A stretch of DNA of 64,000 nt, from NCBI GenBank assembly GCA_964016885.1, contig OZ024743.1:84258001-84322000 (forward strand), given 5' to 3'. The notes beneath the pieces were generated by a model. That model worked only from the letters and a program-made list of their open reading frames with translations. It was not told the origin of the DNA and did no database searches. Every line of letters starts with the position of its first letter. The stretch's first letter is position 1. Positions 12,740-24,372 of the stretch are shown here, in pieces. Made by a program: the position numbers and the translations under genes. Origin of the DNA: Eledone cirrhosa. Its lineage: Eukaryota.

Positions 12740-12901
12740 CCCTTGAGCATTTAAACCGACCATATCCAACCAGAATTCTATCACTTCTTTCTGTTCATAC
12801 TAATGTTAAAGTATTGTTCTCAAAATAATATCAGGTAATGAGGTAAAGCCTTTACCATGAAAATATATTAGTATATATAGAGTAATCTAAATGCTAAAGG
12901 G
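12740..12901 (+). mobile_element. Non-autonomous piggyBac MITE (family A), 162 bp
   Basis: TTAA|CCCTTGAGCATTTAAACCGAC...AATGCTAAAGGG|TTAA. Confidence 0.85.
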
Positions 12902-13074
12902 TTAAAAAAATATTTGAAAATATAAAGTGTCTGGCAAAATGTTTAAGCCATAATGTTAGCCATCTCTTCTTCCTCACAGCTTAGAATTTATTCCACTGTT
13001 TGACCTATGCTGAACATCACTAGCTTCCTTCGACTCTACTGTTTTGCTATATTGATCTCTATATTTAAGTTAGG

Positions 13075-13665
13075 AATGTTGCATGGCAGGAATGAAAATC
13101 AGTGCTGCGAAAACTGAGACACTCGTCCTCTCAAGGAAGCCTGCGCAGTGCACTCTACATGTGAATGGAGTTCCACTGAAGCAGGTAGAGATGTTCAAAT
13201 ATCTCTGGGCCGTGATCATAAGTGATGGAAGGCAGGAGGCTGAATTAAGTGCAAGAATTGTAGGGGCTGGTGCACTAATGTGCCAGTTTCAGTAATCTGA
13301 AGAAGGGAGGTGGGCATAAAAACAAACTCGCTATCTTCAAGTCATGCCAACCCTTAGCTATGGTAATGAGCGAAAGAATACAATTGTAAATAGAAGTGGC
13401 TGAAGTGGGATTCCGCCGAAGGGTCTTTGGAGTAATGTTTGTTACTCAATAAAGTGCGCGGCTCAGATCAAAGAGGCACTCCAGGTAGAGTTGCTACTTC
13501 TCCGAATTGAGAGATCACAGTGGAATAGATTCTAAGCTGCCCATGGCTGGTCAAGCTTGGGGAGCCAGCCAGATCAGTTGGAGATGGTTGCTTCTGACAG
13601 GACTTGCTGGAAGGAGTGTTTGAAGACTGCCCTCACTACCCTTTCAGGAATAAGTGGGCGAAGAA
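13075..13665 (+). mobile_element. RTE-type LINE 3' fragment; the same family at 33100-33485 (+) and 5557-5735 (-)
   Basis: GMKISAAKTETLVLSRK...LKQVEMFKYL. Shared 3' end tcaggaataagtgggNgaagaag. Confidence 0.8.
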
Positions 13666-13877
13666 AAGTTAGTTCAATATATCTACAGTAGGATACAAGT
13701 GTTTTAAGGCCATTTTTCCCTCTTATAGCAGGGGATGGCTTTGTGGGCCTCACATTAGGCTTCATACTCATCTTGGGTTCCCTTTTAAGGTAATGTTTTA
13801 CAGTCAAATGCCATTTTGGTCATTTATGACCTGAATACGCACAGATGATGCCAACCCTTCTAGTCGCCTCATGACAT

Positions 13878-14172
13878 GGATACGGTGTACCTATTCTAAA
13901 CCAGATACATACAGGGATACAGTGTACCTATTCTAAACCAGATACATACAGGGATACAGTGTACCTATTCTAAACCAGATACATACAGGGATACAGTGTA
14001 CCTATTCTAAACCAGATACCCATAGGAATACAGGGTATACCTATTCTAAACCAGATACACATAGGGATACAGGGTATACCTATTCTAAACTAGATACATA
14101 CAGGGATACAGTGTACCTATTCTAAACTAGATACATACAGGGATACAGTGTACCTATTCTAAACCAGATACA
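13878..14172. repeat. 37-bp minisatellite, about 8 copies (inverse of the 59148-59732 array)
   Basis: Unit ggatacagtgtacctattctaaaccagatacatacag. Confidence 0.95.
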
Positions 14173-14221
14173 CACAGCAGGTATTTAATAGAATATGCTT
14201 TCTTATTTGATCAGTTGTTAA

Positions 14222-14399
14222 CCCTTTAGCATTGAAACGGCCATATCTGGCCAGAATTCTCTCTCTTTCTGTTCAAACCGACCATAACCGGCTCCTTATG
14301 CAGACTTTAAATATTGTTCTCAAAATAAATATTAAAATCTCATAGATTCGATACTATGAAATACAATAGTAAATATAAAGTAATGTAAATGCTAAAGGG
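14222..14399 (+). mobile_element. Non-autonomous piggyBac MITE (family A), 178 bp
   Basis: TTAA|CCCTTTAGCATT...AATGCTAAAGGG|TTAA. Ends 56 bp upstream of the FG exon acceptor. Confidence 0.88.
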
Positions 14400-14455
14400 T
14401 TAAAGATACTTTGAATAATTACCAAATAATCAGTGCAACTTATTGTTTATTTCAG

Positions 14456-15484
14456 GTTCTGTTGATGTTCTACCAAAATATGGAGTCATCACCTCAACAG
14501 GTTTCAAATTCGATACAAGTTCTATATTTGACTCTTCAAAAGGTTCTTCAGGTTTTAAATTTATTGTCAGTACATCTAGTTCTACACCAATCTCTTCAAG
14601 TTTCAAGTTAAGTACAGCTTCCAGTAATGACTCTACTCCAGCTTCTTCAGGTTTTAAACTTGGTACCAGTTCCAACACGGACACTACACCAGCTTCATCT
14701 GGTTTTAAATTTGGTACCAGTTCCAACACGGACACTACTCCAGCTTCTTCAGGTTTTAAATTTGGTACCAGTTCCAACACGGACACTACACCAGCTTCAT
14801 CTGGTTTTAAATTTGGTACCAGTTCCAACACGGACACTACACCAGCTTCATCTGGTTTTAAATTTGGTACCAGTTCCAACACGGACACTACACCAGCTTC
14901 ATCTGGTTTTAAATTTGGTACCAGTTCCAACACCGACTCTACTTCAACTTCTTCAGGTTTTAAATTTGGAGGACCATCTTCACAGGCAGATTCAGCCAAA
15001 AGTGAGTCTGGCAATGGGAGCTCAAGTTTTAAATTTGGTTATGTTGCACCATCTGGTGATGAGCAAACTGACAGTGGCTTTAAATTTGGAAATAGTGGTG
15101 AGACAAAAGAGAAAAGTGATGACCAAACTAAGTTCGGTGGTTTTGTCTTTTCACAGACTAAATCTGATGGCTTTTCATTTAGCAATAAAGAAATAACACC
15201 TGTCAGCTCTGTAGCTGATCCTTCTCCTTCAAACAGTGGCAGTACTTCATCACCGAGTTGCACAACTGCAGTTGCAGCACCTGTTACAACAACTGTTTCC
15301 ACTTTTGCTACAACAGCTGCAGCATCAACAACAACAGGGTTTTCTTTCGTGGGGACAGATAGGCCTATCGCCACTGCTTTTAAGATCCCTGCTTCCGATA
15401 TCAAAACTACATTTCCAGTCAGTACAGAGAAATCAGCAACATCCATTTTTGGGACTACAGCAAGTTCTGATAGCACTAAAAACA
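14456..15484 (+). CDS. NUP153: NUP153 large FG (FKFG) repeat exon
   Basis: tttcag|...AACA|gtaagt, phase 1/1, 1029 nt open. Many SSGFKFG, FVFS and FSF motifs in S/T-rich spacers. Confidence 0.93.
14635..14940 (+). repeat. Exonic 51-bp (17-aa) tandem repeat, 6 copies plus a partial copy
   Basis: TPASSGFKFGTSSNTDT x6, nearly identical at the DNA level. Confidence 0.97.
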
Positions 15485-15859
15485 GTAAGTTAAACTCTTT
15501 CTTTTTTTCTTCTTTTTTTGTTTGTTTCTGTCATAACCTCCCAGCCTTTTAAGGGTGCATGACCAAGTGGTTAGTGTGTTGAACTCATGATCATAAAGTC
15601 ATGGATTCGATTCCTGAACCAGGTGGTGCATTCTTTGCACAAGTTGCTTCATTTTATGGGGTTTTTCTTTTTCGTGATAATCCTGGGCGCACAATCATTA
15701 AAACACCCGAGGAACCTCTTATAAGATAGTTCATAGGAGGCCAGATTAACTTACATAGGTGCAAGCTGAAACAGCAACAATCTCAGAGCCTTCTTAATCT
15801 GTTTGCCTGTCATAGAAGAGGAAATATGACTTGTCATTACTGAAGTCCCTGTTGGGCTC

Positions 15860-17460
15860 CACATGTGGACAGGTGTGACAGGTAGGTGGAGTGGTACTGG
15901 TAGTATTAACTGGACTCCTTGGTAGATTACACATGTGGAGTGGTACTGGTAGTATTAACTGAAGTCCTTGGTAGATTACACATGTGGATAGGTGGAGTGG
16001 TACTGGTAGTATTAACTGAAGTCCTTGGTAGTTACACATGTGGATAGGTGGAGTGGTACTGGTAGTATTAACTGGAGTCCTTGGTAGATTACACATGTGG
16101 ATAGGTGGAGTGGTACTGGTAGTATTAACTGAAGTCCTTGGTAGATTACACATGTGGATAGGTGGAGTGGTACTGGTAGTATTAACTGGAGTCCTTGGTA
16201 GATTGCACATGTGGATAGGTGGAGTGGTACTGGTAGTATTAACTGAAGTCCTTGGTAGATTACACATGTGGATAGGTGGAGTGGTACTGGTAGTATTAAC
16301 TGGAGTCCTTGGTAGATTGCACATGTGGATAGGTGGAGTGGTACTGGTAGTATTAACTGGAGTCCTTGGTAGATTACACATGTGGATAGGTGGAGTGGTA
16401 CTGGTAGTATTAACTGAAGTCCTTGGTAGATTACACATGTGGATAGGTGGAGTGGTACTGGTAGTATTAACTGGAGTCCTTGGTAGATTGCACATGTGGA
16501 TAGGTGGAGTGGTACTGGTAGTATTAACTGAAGTCCTTGGTAGATTACACATGTGGATAGGTGGAGTGGTACTGGTAGTATTAACTGGAGTCCTTGGTAG
16601 ATTGCACATGTGGATAGGTGGAGTGGTACTGGTAGTATTAACTGGAGTCCTTGGTAGATTGCACATGTGGATAGGTGGAGTGGTACTGGTAGTATTAACT
16701 GGAGTCCTTGGTAGATTGCACATGTGGATAGGTGGAGTGGTACTGGTAGTATTAACTGGACTCCTTGGTAGATTACACATGTGGAGTGGTACTGGTAGTA
16801 TTAACTGAAGTCCTTGGTAGATTACACATGTGGATAGGTGGAGTGGTACTGGTAGTATTAACTGAAGTCCTTGGTAGTTACACATGTGGATAGGTGGAGT
16901 GGTACTGGTAGTATTAACTGGAGTCCTTGGTAGATTGCACATGGGGATAGGTGGAGTGGTACTGGTAGTATTAACTGAAGTCCTTGGTAGTTACACATGT
17001 GGATAGGTGGAGTGGTACTGGTAGTATTAACTGGAGTCCTTGGTAGATTGCACATGTGGATAGGTGGAGTGGTACTGGTAGTATTAACTGGAGTCCTTGG
17101 TAGATTGCACATGTGGATAGGTGGAGTGGTACTGGTAGTATTAACTGGAGTCCTTGGTAGTTACACATGGGGATAGGTGGAGTGGTACTGGTAGTATTAA
17201 CTGGAGTCCTTGGTAGTTACACATGGGGATAGGTGGAGTGGTACTGGTAGTATTAACTGGAGTCCTTGGTAGATTGCACATGTGGATAGGTGGAGTGGTA
17301 CTGGTAGTATTAACTGAAGTCCTTGGTAGATTGCACATGTGGATAGGTGGAGTGGTACTGGTAGTATTAACTGAAGTCCTTGGTAGATTGCACATGTGGA
17401 TAGGTGGAGTGGTACTGGTAGTATTAACTGGAGTCCTTGGTAGATTGCACATGTGGATAG
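15860..17460. repeat. 57-bp minisatellite, about 28 copies
   Basis: Unit cacatgtggataggtggagtggtactggtagtattaactg(g/a)agtccttggtagatt(a/g). Confidence 0.98.
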
Positions 17461-18144
17461 CTGTAATGGGGAGGTGGGCATTAATTGAGAGTTTGAAAAG
17501 TTGGGGGTTGGCATATTCACAACATATTTGAGGGGCTGTGTTAAACAGGATGGAGGTGTGATGATGATTGGTGCACGTGTGTAGAGAGATATACAAGATG
17601 TGAATAATTCAACCTATATAACTGGCTAGTTTGGAGAAAAGATGAGCATTATATAGTGTTGGGTATATCAGAGAGGGTGGGGTGAGGTGACATAATGAAG
17701 TAGAAAAGAATATTAAACTGATAAATATGGGTGGTATCAATTATGTTGACAGTGACAGTCCATTCTGCTATTTTAAAGATCGAACAGTTGTCTAGATGTG
17801 GAATGTTTCTTGGTTCTAAACCCCAAATCATCCATTCCCTTCTTGCACATCTTGATTACATGCGTGTATGTGTGTGTGTGTATAACAAATTTTTTTCTTC
17901 CTCCCTGTTAACTTTCTGATGAAGAGCAATTAAAGAAACGTAATGCATCCGAATGAGCATTGTATAATGTAGATAGTTATGTAATTCTATAGAAACTGTT
18001 AAAGATTGAACACTCAATAAATTTCTCCTTCTGACTAGTTCTTCATGCTTTACTTGGTACCATATTTATACTTATATAGATTATATCACTAGAGACTTTC
18101 AGGATCTGAACTATTGATTTCTAAATGTCTATTTTTACTTTCAG

Positions 18145-18273
18145 TTGGCAGTACCTTTACCTTTGGGGCTGTCAGTGACAATAGCAACAATACCAACCCT
18201 CCAACTAGTGGCCAACCAAAGTTACCTTTCACAGCAACTTCCCCCTTGAAGAGAGAACGAGACGAAGACGCAG
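18145..18273 (+). CDS. NUP153: NUP153 FG-region exon
   Basis: tttcag|...GCAG|gtaaga, phase 1/1. GSTFTFGAVSD...SPLKRERDEDA. Confidence 0.9.
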
Positions 18274-19044
18274 GTAAGATTATAAATTTCTGTTTCTGTC
18301 TTATGTTACACTTGTATGTTAGTGTGTTGTGTTACATTGCAGCTGTTTGTTACAGTAAGTTATGTTACAGTATGTTGGTATCGGGAAGAGAATCCAGCCA
18401 TTAAAAAAACTTCCTCAAAAAAACCTTGTCCAACCCATGCCAGCATAGAAAATCAAACATAAGAACAGCCGTGGTAATGATGAGTCTAACATTGACATAA
18501 GACCAGGTGAAAGAATGACCCATGGTAAGATTTGACCTCGGAATGTGAAGTGACTTCATTAACTACTTTGGGGGAAGGGGGAAAGTCCATTAAATTGTCC
18601 ATAGTACTGAACTGATGCCTCATTACATCAAACCTTGTCGTTTTTTGCAGAACTGCTAAGTTACTGGAGATAAACACAGGCATGGACGGACACACACACA
18701 CACACACACACACGCACGCACGCACGTGTGTGTGTGTGATAGGCTTCTGCACAGTTTCCATCTGTCAAATTTCTTTCACAAGGTATTGGTCAATGCAAGG
18801 CTCTAGTGAAGCTGAACCCAAAACCCACATGGTTGCAAAGAGAACTCCTTGACCACACAGTCATTCTGCACCTTATAATATCATTATCATTATTATCATT
18901 TAGTTCTGTTTTTTTCCATGCTTACATGGCTTGGATAGGTCTTCTTCAACACAGCTTCACTTGCATTCCTTCATCATCTTCTCTAATAAATAGTTTCATA
19001 ACTTCTGTATGTCTACTAAATTATTATTATTTGTTGTTGTCCAG

Positions 19045-19170
19045 ATGGTCCAAGTGGAGCGAAACGGTCAGGAAGTTCAGCTGCCATCAACACAACACCT
19101 GCTGACTTCAACTTCAGTGCTGCAGTTCAACCTAATGCCGTTTTCTCTGGAGGATTTACAGCTTTTTCTG
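19045..19170 (+). CDS. NUP153: NUP153 FG-region exon
   Basis: gtccag|...TCTG|gtaaga, phase 1/1. DGPSGAKRSGSS...DFNFSAA...FSGGFTAFS. Confidence 0.88.
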
Positions 19171-19207
19171 GTAAGAGAATTTTTACTCTCTCTATCCCCC
19201 TCCCTCC

Positions 19208-19261
<54 letters not shown>

Positions 19262-19544
19262 TTCCTGTCTTTCTTGTGATGTTCCATTGAAAACCTCAAG
19301 TTAATTTAACCTGTATTACATCTATTGTCAATTCTAACACACAAACACACTCAGTGATATGATGACTTGTTACATACACACAGTGTGGTGACCTGTTACA
19401 CACACACACACAATATGGTGTGACCTTATGGTCACCATACACTCACATAGTGTGGTGACCATAATCTGTGGAATGTAACCAGCATTATGAACCAGTTTTA
19501 ACTAGTTCTTCATCTATTAATAAACTGTTTTGTTCTATGTTCAG

Positions 19545-19922
19545 ACTCTACCAATAAGAATCCATTCTCAACCACAACCACCAACAGCAGCACAGCTTCA
19601 AACAATCAACAGTTTCAGTTTGGGAGTCCAATACCAACGTTTGGTGCTATAAGTAGCAGTAGTAGCAGCAGTACAACTGCTTCTTCAACTTTTACTTCTC
19701 CAGGCTTTGGGTTTGTCCCAGCCCCAACAACAGCCCCGGCACCTACCACTACAACCACCCAGTCAACACCAACTTTTGTGTTTGGTAGTCCAGCTTCTGC
19801 AGCCGCTTCTCCTGCTACTTTCGGTGCCACACCAGCTACATTTCCATTTAACCCAACCACCCCCGCTGCACCATTGTTCAACAGTAAGCCTTTCAGTGTA
19901 GCCACTACCACACCTGCAACTA
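19545..19922 (+). CDS. NUP153: NUP153 FG-region exon
   Basis: gttcag|...ACTA|gtaagt, phase 1/1, 378 nt. FQFG, PTFG, FVFG and ATFG motifs. Confidence 0.92.
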
Positions 19923-20389
19923 GTAAGTATTCTGGATTGAAGTCAGTTCAATGTTTCAAAAATTAGGTTGATTTCTCTTGTGTAAAATATGAATGTCCCT
20001 GGCCTAGTGGTTAGAATGCTGAAATCAATCTCAAGATCACAGCTTCAGCTCCTGGATTAGGAAGCACGTTGTATTCTTGAAGGAGATGATTCATTTCTTA
20101 AACACCCAAGAAACTTTCTGTGAGGCCAGTTAAACCTTCCTATGAGATACAGTTATCAGACCTATTTATAGGATTAACTGGCCTATAAGTAGGTATGAGC
20201 GATAGATTGTAATTTTCATTTCTGTATAATGAAGGTTGATGTCAGTAGTACACTGGAATGGGGCAGTGTTTTGACAATCCACCACAATTACACCTTTTTT
20301 TGTGGAGGGAACTCTGACAAGAATGCATCTCCATTTACAAACTATTTTAGTTGAAAGCTTATTAACTATAGTTTCAGGCTTGACTGGCT

Positions 20390-21600
20390 AGTATTGGATT
20401 GTCAGTACCGATAGATGGTCGGACACCATGCTTTGCAGCATCGTTACGGCCCTTTACAGTCCGAGTTCAAATCCCACTGAGGTTAACTTTGCCTTTCATC
20501 CTTATGCAGTTGATAAAATAAAGCACCAGTAATGCACTGGGGTAATTGCTGGCCTCATGTCAAAAGAAGAAACAATTATTTAGTGATAGAACTAAGTCTC
20601 CTGTAGTGATTATCTGCCCATGGTGGATTAAGAAATCTGGAAATACATGTATATGTCGTTCTTTTAACCCTTTAATGTTCAAGCCGGCCAGAATTCTCTA
20701 CATTTTTCTGTTGAAACTGGCTGTAACTGGTCACTCAAACTGATGTTAAGGTATTGTTTTCAAAATCTCATAGATTCGATATTATGCGAGATAAAACATT
20801 TACCATGAAAATATAATAGTATATATAGAATAATGGGAATGTTAAAGGGTTAATTGTGATATGACTACAGCAAGACTGTTTATTATACATAAATGTTGAA
20901 TTATGGGTCTATATACATCTTTATTCTGAATCACTGTTGGTGATACCATTAATATATTATTATTATTATTATTATTACTACTACTAGGGCGGTGGATTGG
21001 CAGTATCGGTAGAGGGTCGGACACCATGCTTTGCAGCATAGTTATGGCCCTTTACGTTCATGTCCGGCTGAGGTTACCTTTGCCTTTTATCTTTACAGGG
21101 GTCGATAAAATAAAGTACCAGTAATGCACTGGGGTAATTGCTGGCCTTGTGCCAAAAGTAGAAACAATTATTACTACTACTACTACTACTACAACCTCTA
21201 CTACAGTGGTGGATTTACAGAATCATTAGGGAATTGAAGAAATGCCTTAATGTATCTGTTCTAGCTCTTTTCACTCTGTGTTCAAACTTTGCCTTTCATT
21301 CTTCCAGGGTCAATAACATAATGTAGCAATCAAGTATTGGGATTGATATAATCAACTTTCCTTCCCTCTAAAATTGTTGGTCTTGTGCCTAAATTAGAAA
21401 CCATTATTGCGGTGGATTGGCAGTATCAGTAGAGGGTCAGACGCCATGCTTTGACACATAGAGTTACGGCCTTTGCCATTCTGAGTTCAAATCCCGCTGA
21501 GGTTAACTTTGCCTTTCATCCTTATGGGGTCGATAAAATAAAGTAGCAGTAATGCACTGGGTAATTGCTGGCCTTATGCCAAAAGTAGAAACAATTATTA
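20390..21600 (+). mobile_element. Cluster of four same-orientation copies of a ~190-bp SINE; many minus-strand copies at 7950-8300, 29950-30135, 32815-33100, 40355-40712, 57450-58065 and 58770-58930
   Basis: gcggtggattggcagtatc...gagttcaaatccc...aactttgcctttcatcc...tcgataaaataaagtaccagta...gtagaaacaattatt. Confidence 0.85.
20668..20849 (+). mobile_element. Non-autonomous piggyBac MITE (family A), 182 bp, diverged
   Basis: TTAA|CCCTTTAATGTTC...AATGTTAAAGGG|TTAA. Same internal sequence (ggccagaattctc, aaatctcatagattcgat). Confidence 0.8.
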
Positions 21601-21660
21601 CCTCTACTCTAGCTGCACTATTGCTAATTCTGGTTCTAATGTTTTTCTGTTTATTTTCAG

Positions 21661-21737
21661 CTAATTTCACCTCAAATCGTGGTTCTGAACCATTTAGTTT
21701 CTCCACTACAGGTGGCTTTCAGTTCCAAGGAAAACAG
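21661..21737 (+). CDS. NUP153: NUP153 FG-region exon
   Basis: tttcag|...ACAG|gtaaga, phase 1/0. NFTSNRGSEPFSFSTTGGFQFQGKQ. Confidence 0.88.
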
Positions 21738-22111
21738 GTAAGAACAACAAAATATCTATTTCCTTGATTAGATGGATAATTCACAGTGTCACATTATGAG
21801 GTAAGACAAATCAGGGAGCCACGTCTTACTCATACAATCTATGCCCTTCTTAATGCCAACCACTTTACAGTGTGGACTGGTAATAAAAACTGACCTTGCT
21901 CACTTACACCTCTCTAAGACAATGTCACTGGATCGACATCTTTGGCACTATGCAGTAATACAGAAGACACACCTTCCCTTATGTACGAACGTAAGCCTAC
22001 AGTCAGTAGGCACCTCTTCACCAAATATACACCCCACCCACACCCCTTCGTCCTACCACTTCCACCCAGACCACCCTTTCTCTGTATAGTTATGTTGGTA
22101 CCACAGAACAT

Positions 22112-22261
22112 CCAGTCCACACTGTAAAGTGGTTGGTGTCAGGAAGGGCATCCAACCGTAGGAAACCAGCAAGAGACGGTCACCTGACCAATCTTGCCTC
22201 AAGTTGGACAAACCTGTATAACCCATGCTAGCGTGGAAGATGGACGTTAAACGATGATGAT
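22112..22261 (+). mobile_element. SINE 3' part with (GAT)n tail; copies at 1-170 (-), 3700-4240, 11830-11975, 27165-27310 and 62460-63030
   Basis: ctgtaaagtggttgg..ggaagggcatccagc..aacccatgctagc(a/g)tggaa..gacgttaaacgatgatga. Confidence 0.8.
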
Positions 22262-22280
22262 ATATGTATTCATTAAAAGT

Positions 22281-22620
22281 GAGGACGCATGGCTTAGTGG
22301 TTAGAGCATCAGGCTTACAATCGCGACGTTGTGAGTTCGGTTCTTGGATCGAGCTCTGCATTGTGTCCCTGACCAAGACACTTTATTTCATGTTGTTCCA
22401 GTTCATTCAGCTGAAGAAATGAGAGTTGTAACGTCACTGGTGCCAAGATCTATTGGCCATTGCCTTTCCCTTGGACAACATTGGCAGTGTGGAGAGGGGA
22501 GACTGGTATGCATGAGCGACTGCTGGTCTTCTATAAACAACCTTGTCCAGGCTTGTGCCTCTGAGGGGAACTTTCTAGGTGCAAATCCCATGGTCATTTG
22601 TGACCAAAGGAGGTCTTTAC
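22281..22620 (+). mobile_element. tRNA-derived SINE, about 340 bp; full copies also at 36341-36675 and 63412-63740; related heads at 15553, 19995 and 59760
   Basis: Pol III A-box TGGCTTAGTGG and B-box-like GTTCGGTTC/GTTTGATTC. Shared body (caagacactttatttc...ggtgcaaatcccatggtcatt). Confidence 0.85.
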
Positions 22621-22821
22621 TTTACAGAGGAAATAATGATTTTGATTTTTACTTTGACAGAGACAACTCTGATCATGTTTTAGTCTTATTCTAACCTCAT
22701 TAACAAGCCACTAAGTCAATATACAATACTCTAGACAGAAATGTTTTGGTACTAAATGTTAATTTATTGTCTGTACGGCAACAATAATAGTAATCTGTCA
22801 TTTTTCTGTTTGTTCTCTCAG

Positions 22822-22988
22822 TCAAGTGACAATACTACTACTGCTACTGCTGCTACTACTGCTGCAAACAGTAATTTGTTCCAGTTTGGCCAGACACCTC
22901 CCATAAACACAAACACAAGTTTCCAGTTCAGTTCAACTCCAAATTTCAACTTTACTTCCGGAAATACTTCTGCGGGTTTCTCATTCAG
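22822..22988 (+). CDS. NUP153: NUP153 penultimate exon
   Basis: tctcag|...TCAG|gttagt, phase 0/2. LFQFGQ...FQFSSTPNFNFT...GFSF, similar to the vertebrate PxFNFT C-terminal region. Confidence 0.9.
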
Positions 22989-23156
22989 GTTAGTTTTTAA
23001 CCTTTCTTTCCACTTTTGCCTCTGCCTCTACCTCTACTGCCACTCTCTCTCTCTCATACACATGCTTATACTCATACATACACAAGTGAATACATACTTA
23101 CTCACACACACACACACACACACGGATGTTTATATTCTATAATGTTGTTGTTTCAG

Positions 23157-23232
23157 TGGTAACAGCGACAGTTCCCTGCCCCAGGCTGGTCGTGTTATGA
23201 AGAAAGCCATCAGAAGGAACCGCAAGTTGTAA
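23157..23232 (+). CDS. NUP153: NUP153 last coding exon with basic C-terminus
   Basis: tttcag|T GGT... SGNSDSSLPQAGRVMKKAIRRNRKL*, matching the GRKIKTAVRRRK-type basic tail of NUP153. TAA at 23230-23232. Confidence 0.93.
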
Positions 23233-23847
23233 CAATGATGTCACCTGCTCCGGGAACATTCCGCTATAGTCTGGTGGCACCTCCACTGCTCCTCCAGCTG
23301 GGCCACACAGCAGTTAAACATTTTTAGAAGACAAAAATATTAAATTATCAGGTGATTCCCTCTTCCCTCTCTCTTTCTCCCACTCTTTGTAAATTTTTTT
23401 TCTTGTAATTTCCTGTAAATTCTCAATTGTCTCCTCCCCACCACCCAGGCTGTCAGCCTACCCCCATCTCGCAGGTCGTTAGCCCATTCCCTTCCTAATC
23501 CCATCATCCATGCCTACCTCACCATACTCTATGCTACCCATCTATACCACATCACCCTCATAATCATTATTAGCCTCCTCCTCCTCTTTATCCCTCTCCT
23601 ACTCATCACTGCCCTCTCACTATGTCACATGTCATCAGCCCTCTCCTCTCACATGCTACCAGTCTCTCAACCCTGCTACTGCTCTCTATATTACATTTTA
23701 TCATTTCCTCCGCTGCCCCCTCTATACCACACGTTACCAGTCTCCCCTTCCTTTCCCCCTCTTTATTTCTTCTACCAGACAGACAGACAGACGTGAACAC
23801 CTAAGATGTGGAGATTTTTTTTTTTTTTTTTAACAAGGAAATTTGTA

Positions 23848-23853
23848 AATAAA
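23848..23853 (+). terminator. Candidate NUP153 polyadenylation signal AATAAA
   Basis: First AATAAA I noted after the stop, about 615 nt downstream. No transcript evidence. Confidence 0.45.
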
Positions 23854-24071
23854 TATTATTTGAAAACTTTTAACATTTTAACTCTCCAATCTGTTTTAAA
23901 TGAATCAATAATCATGTCTAATTTATTGATTGGAGATCAATAACATCACCCCCACCCCCATCATCTGTTCATATTTCATTAGCCCCCTACCCTCACCACA
24001 CCTTCCATCTCTACAGCTGCCTTGACTGTTGTTGTTGTTGTATGGACATTACCATACACTGATGGTATGTG

Positions 24072-24108
<37 letters not shown>

Positions 24109-24109
24109 T

Positions 24110-24301
24110 GATATATATTATGTAGACACGTGTATATATATATTTATGTATAATGTATATTATGTAGACACGTGTGTGTATATATGCATATTATGTAGAC
24201 ACGTGTGTGTATATATATTTATGTATGACGTATATTATGTAGACACGTGTGTATGTGTATATATATAATATATATTTATGTATAATGTATATTATGTAGA
24301 C

Positions 24302-24332
<31 letters not shown>

Positions 24333-24372
24333 GACGTGTATGTATATTATGTAGGCGTGTGTGTGTATATAT
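24110..24372. repeat. Degenerate repeat of tatattatgtagacacgtg+(TG/TA)n, about 6 copies
   Basis: Directly visible in the sequence. Confidence 0.8.

Noticed and set aside
14430-15476. Minus-strand and alternate-frame ORFs over the FG exon
   Set aside because: Shadow ORFs of the S/T-rich repetitive NUP153 coding sequence.
4330-15484. Alternative identification as RANBP2/NUP358 or POM121
   Set aside because: No Ran-binding or cyclophilin domains. The order GSVMDIL motif, zinc fingers, FG repeats, basic tail fits NUP153.
15794-17596. Repetitive ORFs on both strands (up to 382 aa)
   Set aside because: 57-bp minisatellite in a NUP153 intron. The flanking exons splice in frame without it.
22281-22355. 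tRNA gene
   Set aside because: A/B boxes run into a SINE body present in several diverged copies. No intact cloverleaf is evident.
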